NCBI RefSeq assembly: GCF_011386835.1
Contig: NC_088797.1
Coordinates: 113,646,001 to 113,710,000 of the forward strand
Length of the DNA: 64,000 bases
Direction: 5' to 3'
Source: Chrysemys picta bellii
Taxonomy: Eukaryota
This document shows, piece after piece, positions 26,700-39,161 of this stretch; the stretch's first letter is position 1, and each line of letters starts with the position of its first letter. The position numbers were made by a program, and so were the translations under genes. Under the pieces are notes generated by a model that saw only the letters and a list, made by a program, of their open reading frames with translations, was not told where the DNA came from and made no database searches.

Positions 26700-27170
26700 T
26701 AAAACAAAAAAATGAAAGACTTAGTCGGAGACCAAGAAATGGGCAATCATGCATATTGGTTGGAGCAGGAGTCATGTCTAGCGGTTGAAGTAGGATTTGG
26801 TAGCCAGGGATTGGAGCTGAGGGTCAGAGCTGAAGTCAAAGGCCACCTGAAGACAAGGTAGGAATAGGAGTTGCGGGTCAGAACGGGGCTACCTGAAGTG
26901 AGGCAAGGCAGAGGTAGGGCTGGAACAAGGCAGGAGCGGGACAGGAGCAAAGCTGGGAACAAGCAGGTACAGGGGCTATCACAGCTGAGGGTGAACGCTT
27001 TGAGCAGGCAGTGAATTGCTGCTGCTGCTGGGCTTAAGAGCATGCCTGTTAGCTTCTTCGCCCAATCAGGCAAGACTTTCCTTCAGGCAGGCTAGCTGAT
27101 GAAGCCCAGCTGTGCTCATTAGGCTGTCAGGAGACTGAGCAGGCGCAGCTCCAGGACCTTATTACTGACA
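26700..27170. mobile_element. Probable LTR remnant
   Basis: Purine-rich gcaggag/ggaacaag repeats, TATA-like cttaaga, ccaatcagg box, terminal tgaca. The left boundary is unclear. Confidence 0.4.
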
Positions 27171-28339
27171 GACGTGGATGAAATAATGAAATACTTGCCC
27201 CTGAGATCTTTCAGGGAACAAACTGCATGTACATACCAGTATAAGCTACATTAGGACATCCATAGTCTTAGTTGATTTCTTCCTTGATTCTGGACAAAGA
27301 AAGTTGTGAGATTTAATCTGACAAATGCTGGCACCTAATATTTAATTAAAAAAACACAATGCAGATCAGGAATGATGCTGTTCTTCAGGTGAGATATTAA
27401 AATGGTGGAGCCCTTTCTGTGCTGGAAATTGTTTCGCAAAATGATGATGATCTTGTGACCATAACAATTATTGACCTAATTTCCTTCCCTTAGTTAATAC
27501 CATAACAGAATATTTGCCACTCTCATTAATACATTAACACTGCCAAGTTCAAGTATCCAAAACTCCATTTATCAAACTACATTTTTTGTCTTAAATCTTT
27601 AAAAAGGACATAGCCTTAAGTGGAAAATAAAAACATGCTAAGGAATAGGATTATACTTTATCAGAAAGAATCCCAGGGTTTCATCACTCTTTTTGATTGC
27701 TGGCGCAGGACTAGTGCTTAGAAAGTTTACTTGTTCCAAAAATATTTGACAAAGCTTTTCTATTTAGCTCTTGCAGATTATGAGATTTCAGATCTTAAAA
27801 GCACGTCATGCTGAAAATTATCTTGCTTTTCTATTCCACTTAATGCAAATACGGTATGTTTTAAGTAGCTAATGTCTCTCAAACTTTTGGATATTTAATT
27901 AATTAAACTATTGGGAAAACAAAACACCCAGCTTTTCACAGGCATAAAGCATACATATCTAGTCTTAGTGTTTCTCAAGATGATGCTTACACATAGTCCA
28001 TGAGTTTTGTCTACTGCCTTTTGGAGAAAACCTGCCCAATGGCTGCCAACATTATGTATATTTCTAGCCATTGCTCTTAGATGACTTTTCATGAGCAGCA
28101 AACTCAGACTCCTTTAAAATTTCAGGAAGTCACACTGTAGTTTATTTGGCATTGGTCCTTCACCAAATATAAAGTTGTGGATCTCCCATAAGTATAATCT
28201 TTCAAATGTAGGCCAGATCTTCATGTCCCTGCAACTTGTGTGGTGATTTATACTAGCTCAAAGTGGGTGTAAAATGCTGAAGCAGAATAATCATTATATC
28301 CACTTAGAACTGATTTAAATGACTACATACGGTGTAGGG

Positions 28340-29784
28340 TGTTGTCTGATGTGATTGCAGAGCCATTGGCCATTAGCTTTGAACATTCATGGCGATCAGG
28401 GGAGGTCCCAGACGATTGGAAAAAGGCAAATATAGTGCCCATATTTTTAAAAAAAGGGAAGAAGGAGAACCCAGGGAACTACAGACTGGTCAGCCTTACT
28501 TCAGTCCCCGGCAAAATCATGGAGCAGGTCCTCAAGGAATCCATTTTGAAGCACACGGAGGAGAGGAAGGTGATCAGGAACAGTCAAGATGGATTCACCA
28601 AGGGCAAGTCATGCCTAACCAACCTGATTGCCTTCTATGATGAGATAACTGGCTTTGTGGATATGGGGAAAGCGGTGGGTGATATATATCTTGACTTTAG
28701 CAAAGCTTTTGATATGGTCTCCCACAGTATTCTTGCAAGCAAGTTAAAACAATTATGGATTGAATGAATGGACTATAAGGTGGATAGAAAGTTGGCTAGA
28801 TTGTCGGGCTCCACGGGTAGTGATCAACGGCTCGATGTCTAGTTAGCAGCCGGTATCAAGTGGCATACCCAGGGGTCGGTCCTGGGGCCAGTTTTGTTCA
28901 ACATCTTTATCAATGAGATAATGGGGAGATGAAGATACACTGGAGGGTAGGGATAGGGTCCAGCGTGACCTAGACAAATTGGAGGATTGGGCCAAAAGAA
29001 ATCTGATGAGGTTCAACAAGGATAAGTGCAGAGTCCTGCACTTAGGAAGGAAGAATCCCATGCACCGCTACAGGCTGGGCACCCTGGCTAAGCAGCAAGT
29101 CTGCAGAAAAGGACCTGGGGATTACAATGGACGAGAAGCTGGATATGAGTCAGCAGTGTGCCCTTGTTGCCAAGAAGGCCAACGACATATTGGGCTGTAT
29201 TAGTAGGAGCATTGCCAGCAGATCGAGGGAAGTGATTATTCTCCTCTATTTGGCACTGGTGAGGCCACACTTGGAGTACTGTGTCCAGTTTTGGTCCCCC
29301 CACTACAGAAGGGATGTGGACAAATTGGAGAAAGTCCAGCGGAGGGCAACAAAAATGATTAGGGGACTGTGGCACATGACTTACGAGGAGAAGCTGAGGG
29401 AACTGGGGTTATTTAGTCTGCAGAAGAGAAGAGTGAGGGGGGATTTGATAGCAGCCTTCAACTACCTGAAGGGGGTTCCAAAGAGGATTGAGCTAGGCTG
29501 TTATCAGTGGTGGCAGATGACAGAACAAGAAGCAATGGTCTCAAGTTGCAGTGGGGAAGGTCTAGGTTGGATATTAGGAAACACTATTTCACTAGGACGG
29601 CTGTGAAGCACTGGAATGGGTTACCTAGGGAGGTGGTGGAATTTCCACCCTTAAAGGTTTTTAAGGTCTGCCTTGACAAAGCCGTGTCTGGGATGATTTA
29701 GTTGGTGTTGGTCCTGCTTTGAGCAGGGGATTGGACCAGATGACCTCCTGAGGTCTCTTCCAACCCTTATATTCTATGATTCTA
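28340..29784 (+). mobile_element. CR1 LINE, 5'-truncated, with internal deletion
   Basis: RT motifs ([38 protein letters not shown]); 3' end attctatgattct; 9-bp TSD ggtgtaggg at 28331-28339 and 29785-29793. Confidence 0.95.
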
Positions 29785-32409
29785 GGTGTAGGGCAACATA
29801 GAAGCTGACCCCACATGTCTACAAAGCAGTAATTAACCCATGGATCAATTTTAAAATGTTTGCCTGTAGCTGAGGATTCTGAAAAGGTGACAGTGGCATC
29901 AGCTTATCTCCTGCTCTAGTGCGTACCCTGCTCCTGATTTTTATTTAAAAGATGCAAGCTATTTGCCCACCGTGCTCACTTCCCTTTGGGTGCCATTGAA
30001 CAGATCTAGAACACAACTGTGAGAGACAGGAGCCAGGGGACAAAGTGACTTCCATCCTAGGTGAAAAGGCATAATTGTAACTTTTGTCTACTTAGTCATC
30101 CTCTATATATTTCTAATCTTATCACGAATACCGATTTTGATTATATTTTTCCTATTTGTAGAATCTTACAACTTCCCTACTGAAAAGTGACCAATAGGGC
30201 TGAAATTTCTCAGGTTGTTCTCAATCTAAAAGTACATTTATGCGGAAGTTGGAAGAAGATCTGCACAGTTTTAGTTGATATTTCTGAACAGTAACTTTTT
30301 TCCAGCTACTAAAATAATTTTTCACATGCTCTTTTTGGTGCTCCTAAAATTTAGATTTGGATTCAAATTATCGTGGAACGTAAGCTGGTAAGCTGGAAAA
30401 AATCGCTTAAGAATATTAATACATTAAATAAAATAATATATTGCCCATCCACTTTGTTTTCCTTAATTGCACACCGAATGCATTTTCCAGATATATTTGC
30501 ACCTTCCCAAGCATGTATCTTAATAACTTCACCCTTAAATTCCGTATAGTATTAGTTAACCACTGTTTGTGCCAGGTTCATCTTAACTCTCGCACTTTTA
30601 CAAATATCTCTGCCATTTAAAATGGTATCAGGAGTACAAGACGTTTCGTCCCATCATTGGTGAAATGGAGGAGAGGGCTCAGCAAAGTAGCTTTTCAAAA
30701 AAACAAAACCACATCAGAATCCACAATTAGAACCCACCTGATTATAGCAATTCAAGGTAGGTCAGATTTTGTGTGAAACCTAGACCGTGGACCAAATCCT
30801 GTATTCAGTTACATCCATGCAGCTTCCTTAGCTTCTGTGGGTTTGTATGGGTATAAATGACGGAAGAATAAGATTTTTCAGCTTCTTCAGACAAGTAATT
30901 CTGATACATACCAGTTTTATGCTAATATGTTTGTATGCCCATCCTGTCAAACAGAAAATTCTGTTGTGCAAGAAACAATATAGTAAATGCAAAATTTCTC
31001 TGAAGGTAATTGACTTACCAGGTGGCTTTTGCAGCATCTTGGCACAACATAGTGTTTTGTTAGAATGCCTGGGTAAAACCTATAGGCAACACCTCTGGAT
31101 CTAGAGATAATCAGTCAGAGAGAGACTAAAGCATAAGAGACTTAACTTATTCAATTCTTGGAGTCTAAAACAAACAGGATCACAGCTGTTTCAAGTATTT
31201 TTCCAAGATCTAACTCCTATACCTTCAGATAAATGGAACTAGTAAGACAATCTGCAGTAGTGTGAGATGGTGGCTTCCAACAGTGCTACAATATGAGGTC
31301 AAATTCAGTTTATTTGGTTGACTTTTGTGTAAGATTGGATGACTAATTTGCCAAAAACTAATTTTACTTCAATTTTCTGGGTAAAGGAAAAAAGTCATTT
31401 ACTTTTTTATGAAAGACCCTACTTCTTTGCCAAAAATACTGTGCAGATATACTGTAACCTAACAATTCTTTGTGGCTTGGAAAGCATCATCACACATTAC
31501 AGTTATATTGTTTCTTAATTTAAATATGCATCTTAGGTGCAGAATTTCACAAATGTGATTGTATTTGTCTTAAAGCATTCTAAATATGGGAAACCGATGG
31601 ATTAGGTTCAATAAAAAACAGCAGCAAAGTCCTGAATGTGTTTAAACAAGTTCTCCCACTGATAAACAAGAAACTACTGGGTATCATTTTCAACCACACA
31701 TACAAAAAAAAAGTCATCAGCTCTGCAGAAGAATTCATACAATGCTCAGGGCAAGTTACAGCTGGATCCTCTTAAAGAGCTCAATCTTTTCTACTAAACG
31801 ACTCATAAAACCATTACATCTATGAAGCTTTTCCGCAAATTTATTCAATTAAAAGGGATTTTCACCATTTTAGCAAATATTACGTTACTGTACACAAATT
31901 CTTGTAACTTCAGGGGGGGAAAACAAAACAAAGTAGCTTGGTTTGTAATCATTTTCTCCCTCGAGCAACTCCCATTTTTAGCCTGGAAATTGTTTGAGTT
32001 TCAAAACTGACAGGTTCACTGATCCATAATAATTATTCAGGATGTTTTTTTTAAAAAATGACACTATACTGGACGCTGTTCAGGCATCTGATATAGGAAT
32101 CTTGTTCCATCCATTTTTATAAGCAGCTGTGCATTTTGGGATTTGCTATGACATTTATAATAAATAAGAATAACTTACATGAACAATAAGACACAAGATC
32201 TGTAATAAATCAAATAAATGATTCCAAGATCATTCCACCAGAATATTTTTAAAAGTTGCTTTTGTCAAGGCAACTATGCTATGTTAATCTTGAAGTTATA
32301 CATTAAAGTGTGTTTGTAAATGTTGCTGTTCAGTTCCTGAACCAGTATTTACTCACTCCTGAACCAATCCTGGACCCTTAACTAGTCCTGACTAAATAGG
32401 TCTTGGGCA

Positions 32410-32700
32410 TCCTGCTGGCATTTGATACTGTTGATCACCAAATACACCTGTTCTACCTCCTAGAGGCTGCAAGAATGAATGGAGTCCTGGCTCCAGTTCT
32501 TCCTCTCAGACCAAACCAAACAGGGTCATTATGGATAACTGCTCCTTATTCTCCAGAGCCCTCACTTGCATCATCCACAAGGCTTGATCCTCTCCTACCA
32601 ATTATTCAATATCTACATGAAGCCATTAGGAGAGCTGGTGAGACAATATGGCCTGAAGTGGCCGCCGTGTGCAGATGACCCCCAGCTTTTATATACAGCT
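32410..32700 (+). mobile_element. L2/CR1-group LINE RT fragment, old
   Basis: Translates across frameshifts to AFDTVDH...WLQFFLSDQT...PQGLILS..LFNIYMKPLGELVRQYGL...ADDPQL. Confidence 0.7.
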
Positions 32701-32929
32701 CCTTTATGTTAGACATCAACAGCACTATCTACCCAGGTCTTTCAGGGTTGGAGCTAATGCCCACTAAAATCAATGAGTATTCCATTGGTTTCAGTGGGTG
32801 ATGGATCAGATTCTCCGTCACATCAAGCCGAAATCAGCTCCTGGATAAGGAGCAACTGGCTGAAAAGAAACCCATGCAGAACAAAGTGATGCTGGAAGGA
32901 AGAAGGGAGCACTTACAAGAACTTGCTTT

Positions 32930-33110
32930 CTTCTTCGAGTGCTTGCTCATATCGATTCCAATTAGGTGTGCGTGCACCGCGTGCACGATTGTCGGAGAAT
33001 TTTCTACCCTAGAAACACCCGGTGGGTCGGCTGGGGAGCCCCCTGGAGTGGCGCCTTCATGGCACTGGATATATACCCCAGCCGACCCAGCGCCCCCTCA
33101 GTTCCTTCTT
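32930..33110 (+). repeat. DIRS left inverted terminal repeat
   Basis: Reverse complement of 38949-39130 (shared cacccggtgggtcggctg, ccccctggagtggcgccttcatggc, tggatatataccccagccgacccag). Confidence 0.92.
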
Positions 33111-33310
33111 ACCGCCCGTGACGGTCGTTGGAACTGTGGAGCATGGCATAGCTGTCCTCCACTCTCCCTAGCTTTCCTCGGTAGTTATTGTTGTAGATAG
33201 TTCTTAGTTTAGTTTAGTAGTTTAATAGTGGTTACAGAGTAGTTATAAGTAGTTAGCGGGGGTAAGGGGGCTTTCATCTCCCCCTTTCCTCCTGGCGTGC
33301 AGCTGGGCTC

Positions 33311-35835
33311 ATGCCCAAGGCTCCTGGCTTTAAATCGTGCGCGACCTGCGCTAAGCCTATGCCAATGGGAGACCCCCACGACTCTTGTCTAAAGTGTCTA
33401 GAGGAGTCTCACCAGACTGATAAGTGCAGGATCTGCAAGGCTTTTCGGCCCAGGACCAAAAAGGAACGGGACTTTCATCTTAAACAGCTCCTTATGGAGG
33501 CGGCACTTAGCCCAGATGCTCCTTCGGCACACCAAGCTCCGGCACCGAACGCCTCGGTGCGCAGCGCCCCGGCGGCGGCCTCGGGTACTGCACCGCAAGG
33601 AGACGCGGATAAGACCCCATGGCACCGTCCTCCATCAGCATCGCGTCCACTTCAAGCCCCTCGGCGCTGTTCCCTGTCTCTGGGTCACAAGAGACCCCAT
33701 AAAACACAGGAGACTGCCAAGCAACAGCAGGCAGCGGCGCCCCCCACACTGACTGCGGAGTCACGTCCGGCATCAGAACGTCTGAGGTTACAGGCGCCGT
33801 CATGGACACTGTTGACTCCGGCAACGGTAGCAGGGCCGTTGAGTCCGGTGCGGACTGGCTCCCCGCCCCGTTCCGTGGTTGAGCCGTGTCTCCCGTCCAC
33901 GCTGGAGACGTTTGTGATGGCGAGAGGCCTCATTGCCTTTACGGAACCGGCACCGTCTCAGACCGCGGTACCGCATCCGCTCCGCATGGTGCAATCCAGG
34001 GGCAAGCCTGCCCTGCTACACCCTCCATCTCCGAGTGTGGACTCTCGGCACCGCTCCCGGTCTCGGAGCAGGCCCCAACACCTCTCGCAGTCCTGGCACC
34101 AGTCTTCATCACGGCGCCGGTCGTACTCATGGCCCAGCTCTTCCTCCCGGCACTGGTCCACCTCTCGGCACCGACCTGAGCATCGGTGTCGCTTAGAATC
34201 CCGACGCAGTTCCCGGCACCGGTATGAGCGCCGATCCCGTTCGAGAGGCCGCTCCCAGCACCAATTCTACAGGCAGTCTTCTTCGGGATCCAGGTCTGGG
34301 TCCCAGTACTGGCATGGCCATCGGCACCGTTCTCGCTCCCGGATCCACTCCCCGGCACTGCGCAGAGACCGCTCTTCCATGGACCGGCACCGCTCGGCAC
34401 CGTTCCAGGAGGAGCCAGTGCAATCACGCTTGGCACCGCCCTGGCCCTCAAGATCTGTATCTCGCTCTTCTGAAGGTGCCTCCCGCTCAGCCTATCCTGC
34501 TCGGGGTCAGGCAGCGGATGACCTGGGCCATTGGCAGGATGGGGCAGAGGACCCTAGACAGGACCCTGCACATTGGTCTTTCTGGACCCCATGGGCATAT
34601 CACCAGGCACAAGGGACTCCACTAGCAGCCTCTCGCTTGGCACACTCAGAGCCCAGGGTACCGGAGGCCACCATTATCCATCCTTCCCCAGAGGGTATGG
34701 AGGCTCCTGTGCCAATGCCCACGCAGGCCCCAGACTCCGGTACAGGGGATCCTGGACATCAGGGACCCTTGGACCCAGACCCACCTCTGGATCCTTTACC
34801 CCCTGAGGCATCCTCCTCGTCTTCCCCAGATGGGGTGGTGGCGGGCACGAGAACCTCGGGCCCACCCCCGATAGACCTCTGTGCCCACCAAGACCTGTTA
34901 CGTAGGGTGGCACGGAACATGCCTCTACAGGCAGAGGAGATAGTGGAAGTGGAGGACCCGGTGGTGAGCATCCTCTCAGCTGATGCCCCATCCCGGGTGG
35001 CGTTGCCCATCATCTGCACGATCCAAGTTAACGCCAACACCATATGGCAAACGCTTGCCTCCATCCCACCCACTGCCAAAGGGGCAGAGTGGAAATAGTT
35101 TGTCCCCTCTACAGACCATGAGTATCTTTATACCCACCCTCAGCCGTGTTCACTAGTGGTCTCCTCAGTGAACGCAAGATAGCGCCATGGTCAACAGGCG
35201 GCAGTGCCCAAATCGAAGGACGCCAAGCGGTTCGATTTGTTCAGACGTAAGATTTACTCAGCGGGGGGTCTGCAGCTCAGAGCCACAAACCAACAGGCAC
35301 TCTTGAGCCATTACGATTACAACTCATGGAACTCCATGGGTAAATCTAAGGAGTTGGTCCCCCAGGACTCGAGAGAGGAGTTTGGGGCCCTAGTAGAGGA
35401 AGGTAAAAAGGTGGCTATTACCTCCTTACAGGCCTCGCTAGACATAACGGACTCTGCCGCTAGAACACTGGTTTCCGGTATAGCCATGAGACGCATTTCC
35501 TGGCTCCAGGTGTCTGGTTTGCCGCCAGAACTGCAACAGACCCTACAGGATCTGCCATTTGATGGTCAGGGGCTATTCTCGGACAAGACGGACTCTCGGT
35601 TGCAGAGCCTAAAAGACTCCAGAACCATCATGCACTCCATGGGGATGCATGTCCCAGGACCCCAGCGCAGGCCATTTAGGCCCCAGCCCCAGAGGTTCTA
35701 CCCTCCTCCGAGTCCAAGACAGGACTTCCCCAGAAGGCGTGGATGAGGGGGGGTAGAAGGAGGTCGACTGGCCCCCAACCCAGTCAGAACCAAAGCCCTC
35801 CTAGACCATCTTCAGGGCCTAGACAAAATTTTTGA
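33311..35835 (+). pseudogene. DIRS ORF1 (gag-like): N-terminal Cys/His finger, Arg/Ser-rich repeats, LAP2alpha-like C-terminal domain
   Basis: 595-aa open stretch starting MPKAPGFKSCATC...HDSCLKC...H...CRIC; continues past stops at 35096, 35179 and 35744. Confidence 0.85.
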
Positions 35836-37751
35836 AGGTGCGCTCGAGGACGGCGTACTAGTCACCACCCAGGAACCATTCCCTTTATTTCGGGATCACC
35901 TCTCCCATTTCCACCGTGTTTGGTCCCTTATAACCTCGGACCGTTGGGTTCTTTGCACGGTGGAAAGGGGGATACGCTCTTCAGTTTTCTTTGCCCCCCC
36001 CCACCCTCCCCGTCCCTCTTCAGGGACCCTTCTCACAAGCATCTCCTTACGAAGAAGGTTTTTATGCTCCTTTCCATGGGGGCTATAGAGGAGGTTCCAT
36101 CAGAGTTAAGGGGCAGGGGTTTTTACTCCCGCTACTTCCTGATCCCCAAGTCAAAGGGGGGTCTTCGACCCATTTTGGATTTACGCGGATTCAACAAATT
36201 CATAGTAAAGTTGAAGTTCCGCATGGTCTTGTTGGGGACCATTATCCCTTCCCTGGATCCTGGAGACTGGTACGCCACCCTCGACATGAAGGACACACAT
36301 TTTCATATAGCAATCTACCCTCCGCACAGGCACTTCCTTCGATTTGTATAAACAACGTACACTACCAATTTGCTGTTCTTCCCTTCGGCTTGTCCACGGC
36401 TCCGAGAGTGTTCACCAAATGTATGGCCGTCGTGGCAGCATACCTTCGTCGACAAAGGATACAGGTGTTTCCGTATCTAGACGACTGGCTGGTGCGCAGC
36501 CACACCAGGGAGCAGGTTCATTCCCACGTCCAAACCACACTACAAACATTCCACAAGTTGGACATCTTACTCAACAAAGAAAAGTCTACTCTGGAGCCAA
36601 CCCAGAGAATAGAGTTTATCGGGGCAGTCTTGGACTCCAGACTCTCCCGCGCTGTTCTGCCAGACATTCGGTTTCAGACCATCGCAAACATCATCCGCAG
36701 CCTCCAGGGCTTCCCGACGTCCATGATAAGGAAGTGCCTTGGCCTGTTGGGACACATGGCTTCTTGCCCTTACATAACCAGGCATGCCAGACTTTGGCTC
36801 CGCCCACTTCAGGCCTGGAAGTCATCGGTGTACCGTCCTTGTCGGGAGAGCCTGAACATGGTGGTCACGGTTCCGAATTCGGTCTTGATCTCCTTCAACT
36901 GGTGGCTGAACCACAAGTCAGTGTGCGAAGGAGTGCCATTTCACACCCCACAACCCTCCCCGTACCTGGTCATGGACGCATCATCTCTCGGTTGGGGCGC
37001 TCATCTCGGGGAGCACCAAACGCAGGGCCTGTGGACCGCATCCGAACTAGCTATGCACATCAATGTTCGAGAGCTGATGGCAGTGCGCTTAGCCTGTCAG
37101 GCGTTTCACGGTCTCCTACATGGCCATTGCGTGGCAGTCCTCACAGACAACACCATGGCCGTGTTCCACATCAACAAGCAAGGGGGAGCCCGATCGTCTT
37201 GCCTATGCCAGGAGGCCATTCGTCTGTGGGACTTTTGCATTGCCCACTCGATACATTTCATGGCATCATTCCTCCCTAGAGTCCAGAACACTCTAGCGGA
37301 CCGTCTCAGCAGGTCCTTCCAAATGCACGAGTGGTCAATTCGCCCAGATATCATCCACTCCATCTTCCAAAGGTGGGGATTTCCCCAGATTGACCTATTG
37401 GCCTCACGCGCCAACAGGAAGTGCCAAGTGTTCTGCTCCCTCCAGGGGTGATCTCCGGGCTCCCTGTTGGACGCTTTCCTGCTACCGTGGAAGGACCAGC
37501 TGTTCTACGCTTTCCCTCCATTTCTGCTGGTCCACAAGGTCCTGCTCAAGCTACGCAGAGACAAGACACGTATGATTCTAGTCACTTCGGCTTGGCCAAG
37601 ACAGAACTGGTACACCACGCTCCTGGAGCTGTCGGTACAGACTCCGATCACGCTTCCATTGTACCCGGACCTGATCTCTCAGGACCATGGCCGACTCTGT
37701 CACCCCGACCTGCAATCGCTCCACCTTACAGCGTGGATGCTGCATGGCTGA
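35831..37751 (+). pseudogene. DIRS ORF2: reverse transcriptase, RNase H, methyltransferase-like domain
   Basis: LRPILDLR, LPFGLSTAPRVFTK, PYLDDWL, MDASSLGWGAHL, HINVRELMAV, TDN...INKQGG, NTLADRLSR, DAFLLPW...YAFPP; several frameshifts. Confidence 0.92.
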
Positions 37752-38795
37752 CTCAGGCAGAGCTACGATGCTCACATCCCGTGCAGCAGGTTCTGTTGGG
37801 CAGCAGGAAACCCTCTACATGGGCCACTTACTTGGCCAAATGGAAGCGCTTCTCCTGTTGGTGCGAGCAGTGGGCCATGCCCCCTTGCAGACGTCGATCC
37901 CACTTGTACTTGAATATCTCCTATCCCTAAAACAGCATGGCCTGGTGATATCTTCAGTTAGGGTGCACCTGGCTGCTATATCGGCATTCTAACCAGGAGA
38001 AGACACTTCCTCGATCTTCTCTAACCCGATGGTTGTCAGATTCCTCAAGGGCTTAGACCGCCTATATCCACAGCTGCGTCAACCGGTTCCAGCGTGGGAT
38101 CTTAACCTGGTTCTCTCCAAGCTCACAGGGCCCCCGTTCGAGCCATTGGCTACCTGCTCAATCCTTTACCTATCTTGAAAGACAGCCTTCCTTTTAGCCA
38201 TCACTTCAGCAAGGCGTGTTTCTGAAATCAGAGTGCTCACGTCCGAACCTCCATATACAGTCTTCCATAAAGACAAGGTGCAGCTTCGCCCCCACCTTGC
38301 CTTCCTTCCCAAGGTGGTATCAGCTTTTCATGTGAACCAGGATATATTTCTCCCGGTCTTCCATCCTAAGCCGCACGCTACGCGTCAAGAGCAGTGTATG
38401 CACTCCTTGGACGTACGCAGGGCCCTTGCTTTCTATAGCGTACAAAGCTGTTTAGGAAGACGACTCAACTCTTTGTTGCAGTGGCTGACTGGATGAAAGG
38501 CCTACCAGTCTCCTCGAAACATATCTCCTCTTGGATCACATCCTGTATTTGTGCTTGCTACGACTTGGCCGGTGCCCCGACGCCGTGCCTCACCGCCCAC
38601 TCCACGAGGGCCCAAGCCTCCTCGACTGCCTTCCTGGCTCACGTCCCGATCCATGACATTTGTAGAGCGGCAGTTTGGTCATCGGTTCACACCTTTGCCA
38701 CTCACTATGCGCTTGCACAGCAGTCTAGAGATGATGCTGCATTTGGATCAGCGGTTCTGCACTCAGCGATGTTTCACTCCGACCCCACCGCCTAG
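37736..38795 (+). pseudogene. DIRS ORF3: tyrosine recombinase
   Basis: SRKPST..TY..KWKRF, LAITSARRVSEI, LPKVVSAFH, HSLDVRRAL, AHSTRAQASS, FATHY (R...H-x-x-R...Y); several stops. Confidence 0.9.
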
Positions 38796-38812
38796 GTAAG
38801 GCTTGGTAGTCG

Positions 38813-38911
38813 CCTAATTGGAATCGATATGAGCAAGCACTCAAAGAAGAAAAAACGGTTACTCACCTTTGTAACTGTTGTTCTTCGAGATGTGTTGCTC
38901 ATATCCATTCC
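38813..38911 (+). repeat. DIRS internal complementary region (ICR)
   Basis: First half is complementary to the left terminus (32927-32965); second half to the right terminus (39100-39161). Confidence 0.92.
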
Positions 38912-38948
38912 AAACCCGCCCCCCTTCCCCACTGTTGGAGTAGCCGGC

Positions 38949-39161
38949 AAGAAGGAACTGAGGAGGTGCTGGGTCGGCTGGGGTATATATCCAGCGCCAT
39001 GAAGGCGCCACTCCAGGGGGCTCCACAGCCGACCCACCGGGTGTTGCTAGGGTAGAAAATTCTCCGAGGATCGTGCACGCGGCGCGCACACACCTAATCG
39101 GAATGGATATGAGCAACACATCTCAAAGAACAACAGTTACAAAGGTGAGTAACCGTTTTTT
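38949..39161 (-). repeat. DIRS right inverted terminal repeat plus 3' extension
   Basis: Reverse complement of the left ITR, followed by caacagttacaaaggtgagtaaccgtttttt. Confidence 0.92.

Larger units (their letters stand above)
32927..39161 (+). mobile_element. DIRS1-type tyrosine-recombinase retrotransposon, structurally full length, ORFs disrupted
   Basis: Inverted terminal repeats, an internal complementary region, gag, RT/RNaseH/MT and YR ORFs in canonical order, T-runs at both ends. Confidence 0.95.

Noticed and set aside
34040-34400. CRISPR-like repeat array
   Set aside because: Short degenerate coding repeats without constant repeat-spacer periodicity, in a vertebrate retrotransposon.
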